This document shows positions 47,454 through 56,106 of a DNA stretch of 64,000 nucleotides, piece by piece. Each line of letters starts with the position of its first letter. Within the stretch, counting starts at the first letter, position 1. Source of the stretch: an uncultured Candidatus Saccharibacteria bacterium (GTDB lineage Bacteria; Patescibacteriota; Minisyncoccia; Phycocordibacterales; UBA9973); the NCBI GenBank assembly GCA_964596395.1, contig CAZQSY010000003.1, forward strand, positions 25,678-89,677, written 5' to 3'. The position numbers were made by a program, and so were the translations under genes. The notes under the pieces are model-generated. The model saw only the letters and a list, made by a program, of their open reading frames with translations, searched no databases and was not told the DNA's origin.

Positions 47454-48170
47454 TTAAAATTGGTTCAACCGCAAATCGCCCTGGTAAAAAAGCCGTATGT
47501 CGGGAACGCCGAATTTTACTATGGTTAATCTATCTAAGCCGAAACCGAAAGCGAAACCCTGCCACTTGGCCGGGTCAAGACCGCAGTTCCTGATTACGTT
47601 CGGGTGAATCATGCCCGCGCCCAAGAGTTCCATCCACTTGCCGTTATGCTTCACATCAACTTCAAAACCGGGTTCCACGAACGGAAAGAAGCTGGGCCGA
47701 AGGCGTATTTCGGCGTCTTCGCCCAAAAATTTTTTGAAAAATTCGGTCAGAACCCATTTCATGTTCGCCACGCTCACGTCTTCGCCCACCATAAATCCTT
47801 CGAGCTGAAAGAACTGCATTTCATGGCCGGCATCGGTGGCCTCGTTGCGAAAAACTTTTCCCGGGACGACAACGGCAAACGGCGGATTCTTGCCTTCCTT
47901 CACGATTTTTTCCATGTAGCGAATCTGAACGTTCGAAGTGTGCGTGCGCAAGACATGTCCCGGTCTGTCTTTTATAAAAAAAGTGTCCTGCATATCGCGA
48001 GCCGGATGGTCCTTAGGGAAATTAAGCGCCTCAAAATTGTGCCAGTCGTCTTCAAGTTCTGGCCCGGTCGCCACCTCAAAACCAAGGCCGGAAAAAATTC
48101 CAACGGCCTCGTTGATTACCATCGAAATCGGATGCTCCCTACCGTGAAGTTCTTGATCTTTTTCGGTCAT
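47454..48170 (-). CDS. pheS: phenylalanyl-tRNA synthetase alpha subunit, N-terminally reduced (238 aa)
   Basis: 'GLGFEVATGPELEDDWHNFEALNFPKDHPARDMQDTFFI' is motif 1. 'FRNEATDAGHEMQFFQLEG' is motif 2. 'GFAFGFGLDRLTIV' is motif 3. It lacks the ~90-aa N-terminal coiled coil of canonical PheS. Confidence 0.85.
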   Translation of the reverse strand: MTEKDQELHGREHPISMVINEAVGIFSGLGFEVATGPELEDDWHNFEALNFPKDHPARDMQDTFFIKDRPGHVLRTHTSNVQIRYMEKIVKEGKNPPFAVVVPGKVFRNEATDAGHEMQFFQLEGFMVGEDVSVANMKWVLTEFFKKFLGEDAEIRLRPSFFPFVEPGFEVDVKHNGKWMELLGAGMIHPNVIRNCGLDPAKWQGFAFGFGLDRLTIVKFGVPDIRLFYQGDLRLNQF

Positions 48171-48176
48171 TTCTTG

Positions 48177-48383
48177 CTAATTGGGAGACCAGGTTAGTTC
48201 GTAGTCGAAACCTTCCAGATGTTTTAAAGTGTAAACGCCCTTAACGCCATCAACCATAAAAGTACTTGTTTTGTACGTATGTGCCCTGTCAAAAAGATAT
48301 TCGTGCTCTTTTAAATAGCCCAGCCCCTTTTCTGATTTCCCATCATTCTTAACGCTTCTATCGCCTATTTTTTCCCAATCCAT
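48177..48383 (-). CDS. hypothetical small protein (68 aa) immediately upstream of pheS
   Basis: ORF with a 6-nt gap to pheS and no recognisable motif. Confidence 0.3.
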   Translation of the reverse strand: MDWEKIGDRSVKNDGKSEKGLGYLKEHEYLFDRAHTYKTSTFMVDGVKGVYTLKHLEGFDYELTWSPN

Positions 48384-48440
48384 AAATTTTAAAATTATTA
48401 AAACAAATAATGCATTTATTATACAAAAAACGGAAAATTT

Positions 48441-48449
48441 TGCTAGAAT
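48441..48449 (+). promoter_or_regulatory. extended -10 element TGCTAGAAT placed 6 nt upstream of a small ORF (leaderless arrangement)
   Basis: The element is identical to the rpsB promoter -10 (tgctagaat). The ATG at 48456 sits at the predicted transcription start site. Confidence 0.35.
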
Positions 48450-48455
48450 GAGGGA

Positions 48456-48551
48456 ATGGAGAAAAACTACCGGCTTTTGATTCTTCTGGCGATTGTGTTG
48501 CTTTCAATAGGCCTCTATCTCGGCTGGCTCGACAACGGGCCGGGGTTCTAA
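48456..48551 (+). CDS. putative 31-aa hydrophobic micropeptide MEKNYRLLILLAIVLLSIGLYLGWLDNGPGF
   Basis: Below the ORF-track size cutoff. A single TM helix follows a leaderless-type promoter. Speculative. Confidence 0.25.
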   Translation: MEKNYRLLILLAIVLLSIGLYLGWLDNGPGF

Positions 48552-48616
48552 CCTTCGAGATATCATTATTTTGTTATAAACTTTGCGATAGCAAAGATAA
48601 TAACAAGAGAAGGTGG

Positions 48617-49093
48617 TCATTTATATCCTTTTGCCAGCTTAAAGGTCTTCACGCTATCCTTCAGTTTTATCTTTTCCAAATAATCCAGAAACTCTTGCGG
48701 TAGAGGCGAAGGTCCGACCCAGACACTTTTTTGTATCATTGTGTATTTAAATTTTTTCAGGTGCCAACGCAACCATTCCCTCTCAGCTTTCTTAGCTTCA
48801 GGCACATCAAACATAAGCATGAGGTTTTTGGGCGCGTTTTTCTCAAACATAAAATCAAATTGTCGTAAGGAATCAATTTTCCTCCTAATGTAATCTCTGC
48901 CCCTTCTGGTCACACACAAACCTTCGTCACTCTCTCCCACTAATCCATCTTTGACTAGATTTGACATGGTGGCACGCAAAGAATTGGATGGGTACTTCCT
49001 AAATTTTGGCAAACCAAGGAAGTTCACGCGCATTCCCTTATAGTTAAGAGAATCCCTGCTAAGTTCCTTCAAAATATCCAGAATGATTGTCAT
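48617..49093 (-). CDS. PaaX-like winged-helix transcriptional regulator (short)
   Basis: N-terminal wHTH-like 'LRATMSNLVKDGLV'. C-terminal 'LMLMFDVPEAKKAEREWLRWHLKKFKYTMIQKSVWVGPSP' resembles the PaaX C-terminal pattern (W.G.W.lv.ydvPe..r..LR..L...G...L..SVW..P). Confidence 0.4.
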   Translation of the reverse strand: MTIILDILKELSRDSLNYKGMRVNFLGLPKFRKYPSNSLRATMSNLVKDGLVGESDEGLCVTRRGRDYIRRKIDSLRQFDFMFEKNAPKNLMLMFDVPEAKKAEREWLRWHLKKFKYTMIQKSVWVGPSPLPQEFLDYLEKIKLKDSVKTFKLAKGYK

Positions 49094-49191
49094 GTTTTTA
49101 TAGTATATTAAATTGTTAGAAATTCTGCTATAGCAGAAAATATAACAATATAGACGACGTGGTCGAGTGAATGAAAGTTATAAAAAAAGAA

Positions 49192-50010
49192 CTAAGCGAT
49201 AAGTTCTCTGATAATATCGGCTTTGTGCACAACGTCGTTATACCCTATACGCATAGTTTTTATTATATGTTCCCTAGTATTGTCTAAGGTACCCGAAAAT
49301 AACCTTACACCGGGCTTTATAATTAAAATATTTTTATCTTTATAGTTATGTCTCGTCTCCCGAGTATAAGACCACACTTTTTCCCTGACGTATTTTCCCA
49401 AAAACAAGGAAAAAAATCGCAGAAGATTTTTAGAGAAGAAATCATGATGTGAATTATCAAAAGCAATAATTACTTCGGCTCCCTCCTGTTTTGCCTTCTT
49501 GATATTCACATCCAAGGGAGCCTCAATGGCGCCGTCTATATAAAGGTTTCTTTTTATTCTCACTAATTTGTTGTAAACAACGGGAGCGGCGTTTGAGGCC
49601 CGCAATGCTTCAAATATATCTACGTCATCCTTGTTGCTCACGTACTCTATCTTCTTATTATTAACGTTCGTCACGGAAACAAAAAACTTTATTTTTGACT
49701 CTTTAACCGACCGAGTATCAAGGGGGTCCTGTTTCTTGAAAATTTCGTCTATCAGATAATCAATATCCATAATTTCTCCCAACCTCCAGAATGAAACAAA
49801 TTTTTTCGAAGGGAGAAGATTCTGCCAAATATTTTTTATTGAACCGTATTGCCTGGCGACGTAATACGCGAGCGTACCGGTACTGCCGGAACTGCCTACG
49901 ACCATGTACGGGTCGGTGAAATTCAATTTTTCCACGAGCGCTAAAATAGCACCGGTAAAATAGGCGCAGGACATACCTCCTTCCGAACCGATAATGGCAA
50001 CTTTCTTCAT
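49192..50010 (-). CDS. patatin-like phospholipase
   Basis: Oxyanion 'VAIIGSEGGMSCAYFTG' (GxGxxG). Nucleophile elbow 'GSSGS' (GxSxG). Catalytic Asp region 'YIDGAI'. The likely start is MKKVAII at 50010, whose ATG overlaps the helicase TGA stop in an ATGA arrangement. The track start is 50043. Confidence 0.8.
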   Translation of the reverse strand: MKKVAIIGSEGGMSCAYFTGAILALVEKLNFTDPYMVVGSSGSTGTLAYYVARQYGSIKNIWQNLLPSKKFVSFWRLGEIMDIDYLIDEIFKKQDPLDTRSVKESKIKFFVSVTNVNNKKIEYVSNKDDVDIFEALRASNAAPVVYNKLVRIKRNLYIDGAIEAPLDVNIKKAKQEGAEVIIAFDNSHHDFFSKNLLRFFSLFLGKYVREKVWSYTRETRHNYKDKNILIIKPGVRLFSGTLDNTREHIIKTMRIGYNDVVHKADIIRELIA

Positions 50011-53000
50011 GCGGTTTTGTAGATTCTCTTCATCATCTCGCAATATTCACAGGAATTTGTCACCTGTCTGCCGGCAGGCAGGAAAGATTTATAATCGCAA
50101 GGCCTGTCGAGCCATTTGCCCGTCTTGACTAAGGTTTCATAATCTTTTATGTCCTGCAGAAGCAGGTCAAACCGGTCTCGCCCGATGGTGGTGCTGTAAA
50201 CGCTTTCTTTCCCGTCTTTGGCTTCCAAAAATTCCAGACGGGATTCATTCACACTCACTCGGCCTTTCGAGCTACGCTCTAGAAGAAAAGAATACATCGC
50301 GAGCTGGCGCATGTAATCGCTCATGCGGCCTCTCGCCCCGTCTGTAAAGGCGGGGTCTTCATTTATTTTCTCAATATCCGACTTTTTGCGCACACTGCCC
50401 GTCTTGAAATCGGTCACCCGCACATCCCTCTCGCCTAATTTCTCGACCAAATCTATCTTTCCGTAAATACTCAAGCGGGGAAACTCCGCGGCTCGCACGG
50501 ACACGCTTTTCTCGGTTTCCCTGTCGGGGTTTATCTCGGCGAATCTTTCTTTCACCCACCTCGAAATTATTCTAAGCAAACCCTTCTCGCCTTGCGCGAT
50601 TTCCTCCAAATCTTTTCCAGAAGGCGGTTTTCTGAATTTTAGAATCTTTTCCATAGCCGCGTGCACTCTGGACCCGAATTCAAGGGTCTCATTTTTCGGC
50701 TCGGGCAGTTTGAGCAGATTGCGGAAATACCATTTTCTGGGACATTCAAAAAAATTATTCAGGAGCGAGACCGAAACATTCACCTCGGCGTATTCTTTCG
50801 AAACCATCTCTAGAAGTTTAGGGATTGTATCTTGGACGTCGTTTTTCTCGCCAGAGGCGACATAATTTTTCGGGTCGTCCGATAAAATTTTCTCTTCAGT
50901 TTCGCTGAAGGTTAATTTTTCAAAAACACTGTCTGCTTGCCCCGCGTTGGCGGCGGCAAGCTCTGATACGATTTTGGCCAACTCCTGCTCCCGACCCGAA
51001 TAAGAGAACCTGGGGTAAGAAAGTCGGCAAAATCTCTTGGCTCTGGTGATGGCCACGTAGAGTTCTCTCTTGGCCGCCGCTTCGTCTTTTTCTTCCACCT
51101 TCAGGGCAACTGATTCGGGCAATCTGAAATTCCGCCGCCGGCCTTTCATGAGCGAACCTTCGTCTAAGTGGGCAACCCAGACAAAATCAAATTCCAAACC
51201 CTTCGAAGCGTGCAGGGTTATGACTTTTACTCCTTCGTCGCTTTTAAACGAGGCGAGCGGAAAATCCTCTCCGTATTCGCGCAACCTTTCAATGAAAGCG
51301 ATAAATCCCGGGAGAGAATTCTTTTCCTGGCGGTTTTCCTTTTCCGCAAACGAAAGAGCGAGATGCAAGACGCTGCGGACTACTTCTATTCTCTCCAAAA
51401 GTTCCGTGTGGCCCTTGGCGGTCTTCAACAAAACCTCGTCGCCGACTTTTTGCACAAATTCCTGCATATCTAGCGAAGACGAAAAAGAAACCAACCGGAG
51501 CAATTTTTCTCCCCATTCTTTTATCTCCCGGGTTCCGCTCGAACCGAACAAGTCCTCTCTTTGGCCGGCCATATCCTGCAAGCTTACTGTCTTGCCTCTT
51601 TCTTGGTACAGATACGAGTGCGCGGCGAGACGGGGTATCCCCGATACCGGGTCTAAGATGCTTTCGGCGAGCGGTACGGGGTCGTGAATATTCGCGCAAA
51701 TTTTGAAAACTCGAAGCAAAGCAGAAAATTCCGCCGTTGCAAAAAGCGACAGGCCCCGCGCCCCGGCCACTTTTATGCCCAAACCTCCGAGAACCCGCAT
51801 GGCCTCGCGGGCCTGCGTATTCTTCGGCACCAAGATGGCGCAATCGCTTTCTTTCACTTCCTTGCTCAGCAGTTTTTCTTTGAGCTCAATTCCGCAAGCG
51901 ATAACCTCGTCGCGCGGATAGTCGCATTCAAAAAGCTTCAGGTTGTGATTTTCTTTGAGGGTAGCGACCAATTTTTCCTCTGAGAAAGAACTCGACAGAA
52001 GCTTATCGGCGGCAGCGAGTATTTTTTGAGTGGAGCGATAATTCTGGGTCAGAAATATAACTTTTGCTTTGCCGAAAATGTCTTTGAATTCTTCAAAATA
52101 AGAGAACTTCGCCCCGCCGAAAGCGTAGATGAGCTGACGGTCGTCGCCGACGGCAAAAATGTTGGGCTTTTCTACTTTCTGCCAAATCGTTTTCAGCAGA
52201 GCGTTTTGCGCGCCACTCGAATCCTGATGTTCGTCAACCAAAACATACAAATATCTTACCTGTATTTCGGCCCGGGCATTTTCGGATTCTTCTAAAATTT
52301 GGAGCGCGTATTTTATCTGGTCGTCATAATCCAAGAGCCCCTTTTCTTGCTTAAGCTTTTCGTACATATCGTAGAAGGACACGATTTCTTTGGTGCGCTC
52401 CAGACCTTCTATCTTTTCCAAATATTCTTTTTTCATTTTTCCTTTCGTTTCTCCCCGGCTCGAAATGCTCTCGGGGTCGTTTTGTATCGCCTGGATTTCT
52501 TTTTCAATTTCATCCAGAAAATCCCGTGGCGACAATCTTTCGCGCTTCAAAAGCGAGACAAGCGAGCGCAGTTCTTTGAAATGCCTGCCGATGTCGCCCC
52601 TGGGACGGAGGTACTGCCATTCGTTCTGGCGCAAAATCTGGTCGCATAAAGATACGGCCTCGGTATCCTCTAAAATTCGCGGAGCAAAAGGCAGAGAAAG
52701 AACGTGAAAAAATTCATCAATGATTTTCCCGCAAAAACTGTGAAAAGTAAGCACTTCTACCCGCCCGCCTTCTTCGCCTATATACTTCTGTAATCGCTCG
52801 CGCATGGCGCGAACGGCCGAATTGGTGAAAGTAAGACATAAGATAGAATCTGCGCCGACATCCGTTTTTTTTAAAATATTGCCTATGCGCAAGGCCAAAA
52901 TCTGGGTCTTGCCCGTACCTGGCCCGGCCACCACCATGACCGGACCGTCTATCGTGTCTACCGCCTCTTTTTGAGCGGGATTTAATTTGCGATATTCGTC

Positions 53001-53060
53001 GTCAAATAATCCGGGAGCCATCGTGCCCCTATTATACCCCGCCTTTTGTTTCAGCGACAT
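50007..53060 (-). CDS. UvrD/PcrA-like SF1 helicase fused to a C-terminal PD-(D/E)xK (RecB/Cas4/AddB-type) nuclease with 4 Cys (Fe-S cluster-type)
   Basis: Helicase motif I 'VVAGPGTGKTQIL', 'CLTFTNSAVRAMRERL', motif II 'VLVDEHQDSSG', plus later helicase motifs. C-terminal 'CPRKWYF', then 'IYGKIDLVEKL' and 'VTDFKTGS' (DYKTG-like), then 'RPCDYKSFLPAGRQVTNSCEYC'. A REP-1 copy encodes LPAGRQV between the Cys residues. Confidence 0.8.
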   Translation of the reverse strand: MSLKQKAGYNRGTMAPGLFDDEYRKLNPAQKEAVDTIDGPVMVVAGPGTGKTQILALRIGNILKKTDVGADSILCLTFTNSAVRAMRERLQKYIGEEGGRVEVLTFHSFCGKIIDEFFHVLSLPFAPRILEDTEAVSLCDQILRQNEWQYLRPRGDIGRHFKELRSLVSLLKRERLSPRDFLDEIEKEIQAIQNDPESISSRGETKGKMKKEYLEKIEGLERTKEIVSFYDMYEKLKQEKGLLDYDDQIKYALQILEESENARAEIQVRYLYVLVDEHQDSSGAQNALLKTIWQKVEKPNIFAVGDDRQLIYAFGGAKFSYFEEFKDIFGKAKVIFLTQNYRSTQKILAAADKLLSSSFSEEKLVATLKENHNLKLFECDYPRDEVIACGIELKEKLLSKEVKESDCAILVPKNTQAREAMRVLGGLGIKVAGARGLSLFATAEFSALLRVFKICANIHDPVPLAESILDPVSGIPRLAAHSYLYQERGKTVSLQDMAGQREDLFGSSGTREIKEWGEKLLRLVSFSSSLDMQEFVQKVGDEVLLKTAKGHTELLERIEVVRSVLHLALSFAEKENRQEKNSLPGFIAFIERLREYGEDFPLASFKSDEGVKVITLHASKGLEFDFVWVAHLDEGSLMKGRRRNFRLPESVALKVEEKDEAAAKRELYVAITRAKRFCRLSYPRFSYSGREQELAKIVSELAAANAGQADSVFEKLTFSETEEKILSDDPKNYVASGEKNDVQDTIPKLLEMVSKEYAEVNVSVSLLNNFFECPRKWYFRNLLKLPEPKNETLEFGSRVHAAMEKILKFRKPPSGKDLEEIAQGEKGLLRIISRWVKERFAEINPDRETEKSVSVRAAEFPRLSIYGKIDLVEKLGERDVRVTDFKTGSVRKKSDIEKINEDPAFTDGARGRMSDYMRQLAMYSFLLERSSKGRVSVNESRLEFLEAKDGKESVYSTTIGRDRFDLLLQDIKDYETLVKTGKWLDRPCDYKSFLPAGRQVTNSCEYCEMMKRIYKTA
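50064..50083. repeat. REP-1 palindrome copy 4 (CCTGTCTGCCGGCAGGCAGG, 1 substitution), in-frame in the helicase-nuclease C-terminus
   Basis: It encodes LPAGRQ on the minus strand within the Cys-cluster linker. Confidence 0.75.
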
Positions 53061-53063
53061 TTC

Positions 53064-53462
53064 TTATTCCGAGGTGTTGCCGTCAAACTCTTCGGCGTCT
53101 TTTTCCGCTTCCGCCTTGGTCGCATGCACCGTGCCGTCTTTGTGGTGGGCCGGCGAATAGACTGTGTAAAACTTCAAGTCCTCGGTGTCGGAAGTGTTGA
53201 TGATGTTGTGCTCGGCTCCCGCCGGCACAATTATCGCCGAACCGTCCCGCAATTCGTAAAAATTCCCGCTCAGCGCGCACCTGCCCTCGCCTTTCTCGAA
53301 ACGGAAAAACTGGTCGTTCCCAGGATGCGTCTCCATCCCGATTTCTTCGTGGGGTTTAAGGCACATCAAGACAAGCTGGCTGTGTTTAGAGGTGTACAGC
53401 ACCTTGCGGAAATTTTTGTTCTCCAGAGTTTCTTTTTCTATATTCGTGTTAAAACCTTTCAT
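53064..53462 (-). CDS. cupin-domain protein
   Basis: 'GMETHPGNDQFFRFEKGEG' and 'GSAIIVPAGAEHNI' are the two cupin metal-site motifs (G(X)5HXH...E / ...H). There is a 3-nt gap to the helicase-nuclease gene. Confidence 0.65.
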   Translation of the reverse strand: MKGFNTNIEKETLENKNFRKVLYTSKHSQLVLMCLKPHEEIGMETHPGNDQFFRFEKGEGRCALSGNFYELRDGSAIIVPAGAEHNIINTSDTEDLKFYTVYSPAHHKDGTVHATKAEAEKDAEEFDGNTSE

Positions 53463-53539
53463 GGTCTTCTTTTTTAAAAATTAGATTATCGACCTTTTCC
53501 AAAACCTATTTAATTGTATCATGTATGCAGAGATGTCAA

Positions 53540-53591
53540 CCCCGTCGCTCGCCCTGTCATTCGCGAATGACGGGGCTCGCGAGCGACGGGG
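53540..53591. repeat. 52-bp nested palindrome: outer 13-bp arms CCCCGTCGCTCGC/GCGAGCGACGGGG enclosing a 26-bp near-perfect palindrome GCCCTGTCATTCG|CGAATGACGGGGC
   Basis: Read directly from the sequence, intergenic between the 53724 gene and the cupin gene. It shares its 13-mer with the hairpin at 31067. Confidence 0.8.
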
Positions 53592-53723
53592 TCAAGAGCG
53601 CGGCAGAAAACGCTATTTGCTTTTTGTTTGTCGTTCATTTTAACTTTCCTCAAAATATTCCATAGCCCGTGAAGCTCGTGATGCTCCGCGAGCTACCGCG
53701 CTTGTTCTTGCGCGCCATCGGCA

Positions 53724-54272
53724 CTAATCATACATCCACCAAAATAAGCGATCACGCATGAAATTCCACGTTTGATCAGGATATTTAAAATGCATTAAGT
53801 ATTCCTGAACTATCTTGGGCGCTGCGGCGACGACCAGCCACGCGATAAGACGTTTTGCCGTAAACTTGTAATCCTTGTACCACTTATTCACTATCCCGCC
53901 GATCAAATAGAAATTTTCAAAAATATTCGGCGCAAGGAAAAATATTGGCTTCCAGTTGGTGACTTCAAAGATAGCAAAACCCATAAATCGCCACCAGAAC
54001 AGCACTGACGCCGTATTGCGCGCTAACCCATCTTGCCAGCGTCTCGATACCCACCAAAGGAGAAAAAGATAATAAGTATCAAAAAACTTATCATAATTGT
54101 GGTAAAGAGAATCGCGAATGGGACCACCCGACCACTGCTCTAAAATCATCACATCCGATATGTCCCCGAGTACCGCCAATAAAAAACCAAACATCGGCCA
54201 ACGCAAAATCGTCAGCGGGAGACCAAGTCTGATGATCAAAATAGCGATTACCGCAATAGTATCTGGTGACAT
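53724..54272 (-). CDS. hypothetical Trp-rich integral membrane protein
   Basis: 4-5 hydrophobic segments and no recognised motif. Confidence 0.45.
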   Translation of the reverse strand: MSPDTIAVIAILIIRLGLPLTILRWPMFGFLLAVLGDISDVMILEQWSGGPIRDSLYHNYDKFFDTYYLFLLWWVSRRWQDGLARNTASVLFWWRFMGFAIFEVTNWKPIFFLAPNIFENFYLIGGIVNKWYKDYKFTAKRLIAWLVVAAAPKIVQEYLMHFKYPDQTWNFMRDRLFWWMYD

Positions 54273-54525
54273 AAAACTATGCTAGATTTTAATATAGTGT
54301 CTCAACTCTTGCAAACTAATGCACGGGGTATCATTTTTGCAACGAACACTTGATACTTAGTATCAAGTGTTCACAAAATTATTTTATGACTAATGTTTGA
54401 TACCAAGTGTAGGTGGACATAAAATTTATTCCACCGGGCAATTATTCTTCCCCATTAATTGATTAAGCGCGCAATAAAAACCCTTTTGGTTTCGGGAATT
54501 TTGGGGAGCTTTGAATTCCGAATTC

Positions 54526-54613
54526 TGGCGGAACCGGAGGGATTCGAACCCTCGAGACCTTTCAGCCTACGCGCTTTCCAAGCGCGCGCACTCGACCACT
54601 ATGCGACGGTTCC
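54526..54613 (-). tRNA. tRNA-Ser (anticodon GGA), CCA encoded
   Basis: On the minus strand: acceptor GGAACCG/CGGTTCC, D-stem GCAT/GTGC, anticodon stem CGCGC/GCGCG with loop TTGGAAA, a 16-nt variable arm (type II), T-arm GAGGG-TTCGAAT-CCCTC, discriminator G plus CCA. 88 nt. Confidence 0.85.
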
Positions 54614-54733
54614 GTAATTACTAATTTACCTTATTTAAATAAAAAGAAAAGCGCGGGCCAACGCCTTCATTTGCTGTAAATAAGCTGTTCGGGATTTGAA
54701 AAAAATAAAAAACCTGCTAAATTTATCTTCATC

Positions 54734-56098
54734 ATGAAAAAAATACATTATTTTGCGCTTGCTTTTTTGCTGATCATGTTGCCTGCCCTGCTTTTTGCCT
54801 CCACCGAAGGAGGGTCAGAAGGGTCAGCGCATGGAAACGTGCAGACAATCCTGTGGATGGGAGTGATAATTTTCTTTGCGATGCTTGGCCGGCTAATCGA
54901 AAAAGCCAAACAACCCTCAGTATTGGGCGAACTTCTTATAGGCATAGTATTAGGTAATCTGGGGCTTCTAGGCATCAGCGTTTTTGAGCCAATAAAGACC
55001 GATGCGTATATTTCGTTTTTGGCGGAACTCGGAGTAATCATTCTCCTTTTCCAGGTGGGGCTTGAATCAAATCTGGAAACAATGAAGAAGGTCGGAATGA
55101 AGGCATTCACTGTGGCAGTGGTAGGCGTCGTTGCCCCTTTCGTACTTGGGACTTGGGTGGTGGGCCCGATGCTTCTGCCGGGGCTTTCCTTTAATTCTTA
55201 TCTTTTTTTAGGCGCAGCGCTAACGGCCACTTCGGTGGGCATCACCGCTAGGGTATTCAAGGACTTCGGAAAATTGCAAACAAAAGAAGCACAGATTGTG
55301 CTTGGCGCGGCAGTGATAGACGACGTGCTCGGCCTTGTTATTTTGGCAGTGGTATCCGCGATGGTCACTATCGGGGCGGTAAGCGCGGGGGTTATCAGCT
55401 GGATAGTGGCGAAAGCGGTACTGTTCCTAGTCGGCTCTATATTAATAGGTAAACTTTTTGCTCCAACTCTGGGAAAAATATTTTCCAAAATCAATACCGG
55501 AGTCGGGGCCAAAGTCACACTGGCAATAGTTTTTGCCTTATTTTATTCAGCGGTGGCTGGAGCGATAGGACTCGCGCCGATTGTGGGAGCTTTCGCGGCA
55601 GGACTAATTCTTGACCCAGTGCACTTCAGCTACTTTAAAAAGCCAAAAATTTCAGAGGATCTGGAAGAACACGCCAGAGCACTCGAAGGAGAACGTCGCT
55701 CCAAACTCCTAGAAGCCGCGAAACATCATGAAGAAAAACATGTCGAAGACCTGCTTGAGCCGATCGGTCACTTCCTGGCACCCGTTTTCTTCGTGTTCAC
55801 CGGCATCAGCGTAAATCTTGAAACCCTCTTTAATCCTAAAATCCTTCTGGTAGCTTTGGGTATCGCGGCTGTAGCTTTCTTCGGCAAATACATCACCGGG
55901 TTCTTCTCGGGTAAAGGGCTTAATAAAAATATCGTCGGCTTCGGTATGGTACCGCGCGGCGAAGTGGGACTGATATTCGCCACCATCGGAATGGGTCTGG
56001 GCGTCCTTACCGAAGAGCTGTTTTCGGTAATCGTAATAATGGTCGTGCTTACGACCGTGTTCACGCCGCCGATACTGGCGCATTTTTTGAGAAAGTAA
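54734..56098 (+). CDS. monovalent cation:proton antiporter-2 (CPA2, Kef/NapA-type) family transporter
   Basis: About 12 TM segments. Typical 'ELGVIILLFQVGLE' and 'GMVPRGEVGLIFATIG' motifs of Na+/H+ exchanger-family proteins. Confidence 0.8.
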   Translation: MKKIHYFALAFLLIMLPALLFASTEGGSEGSAHGNVQTILWMGVIIFFAMLGRLIEKAKQPSVLGELLIGIVLGNLGLLGISVFEPIKTDAYISFLAELGVIILLFQVGLESNLETMKKVGMKAFTVAVVGVVAPFVLGTWVVGPMLLPGLSFNSYLFLGAALTATSVGITARVFKDFGKLQTKEAQIVLGAAVIDDVLGLVILAVVSAMVTIGAVSAGVISWIVAKAVLFLVGSILIGKLFAPTLGKIFSKINTGVGAKVTLAIVFALFYSAVAGAIGLAPIVGAFAAGLILDPVHFSYFKKPKISEDLEEHARALEGERRSKLLEAAKHHEEKHVEDLLEPIGHFLAPVFFVFTGISVNLETLFNPKILLVALGIAAVAFFGKYITGFFSGKGLNKNIVGFGMVPRGEVGLIFATIGMGLGVLTEELFSVIVIMVVLTTVFTPPILAHFLRK

Positions 56099-56106
56099 AA
56101 GAATAA

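Noticed and set aside
48177-48383. Treating the 68-aa ORF as the missing N-terminal domain of PheS
   Set aside because: The sequence, MDWEKIGDRSVKNDGKSEKGLGYLKEHEYLF..., shows no heptad or coiled-coil character and is in a separate frame with its own stop. It is kept as a separate low-confidence hypothetical.
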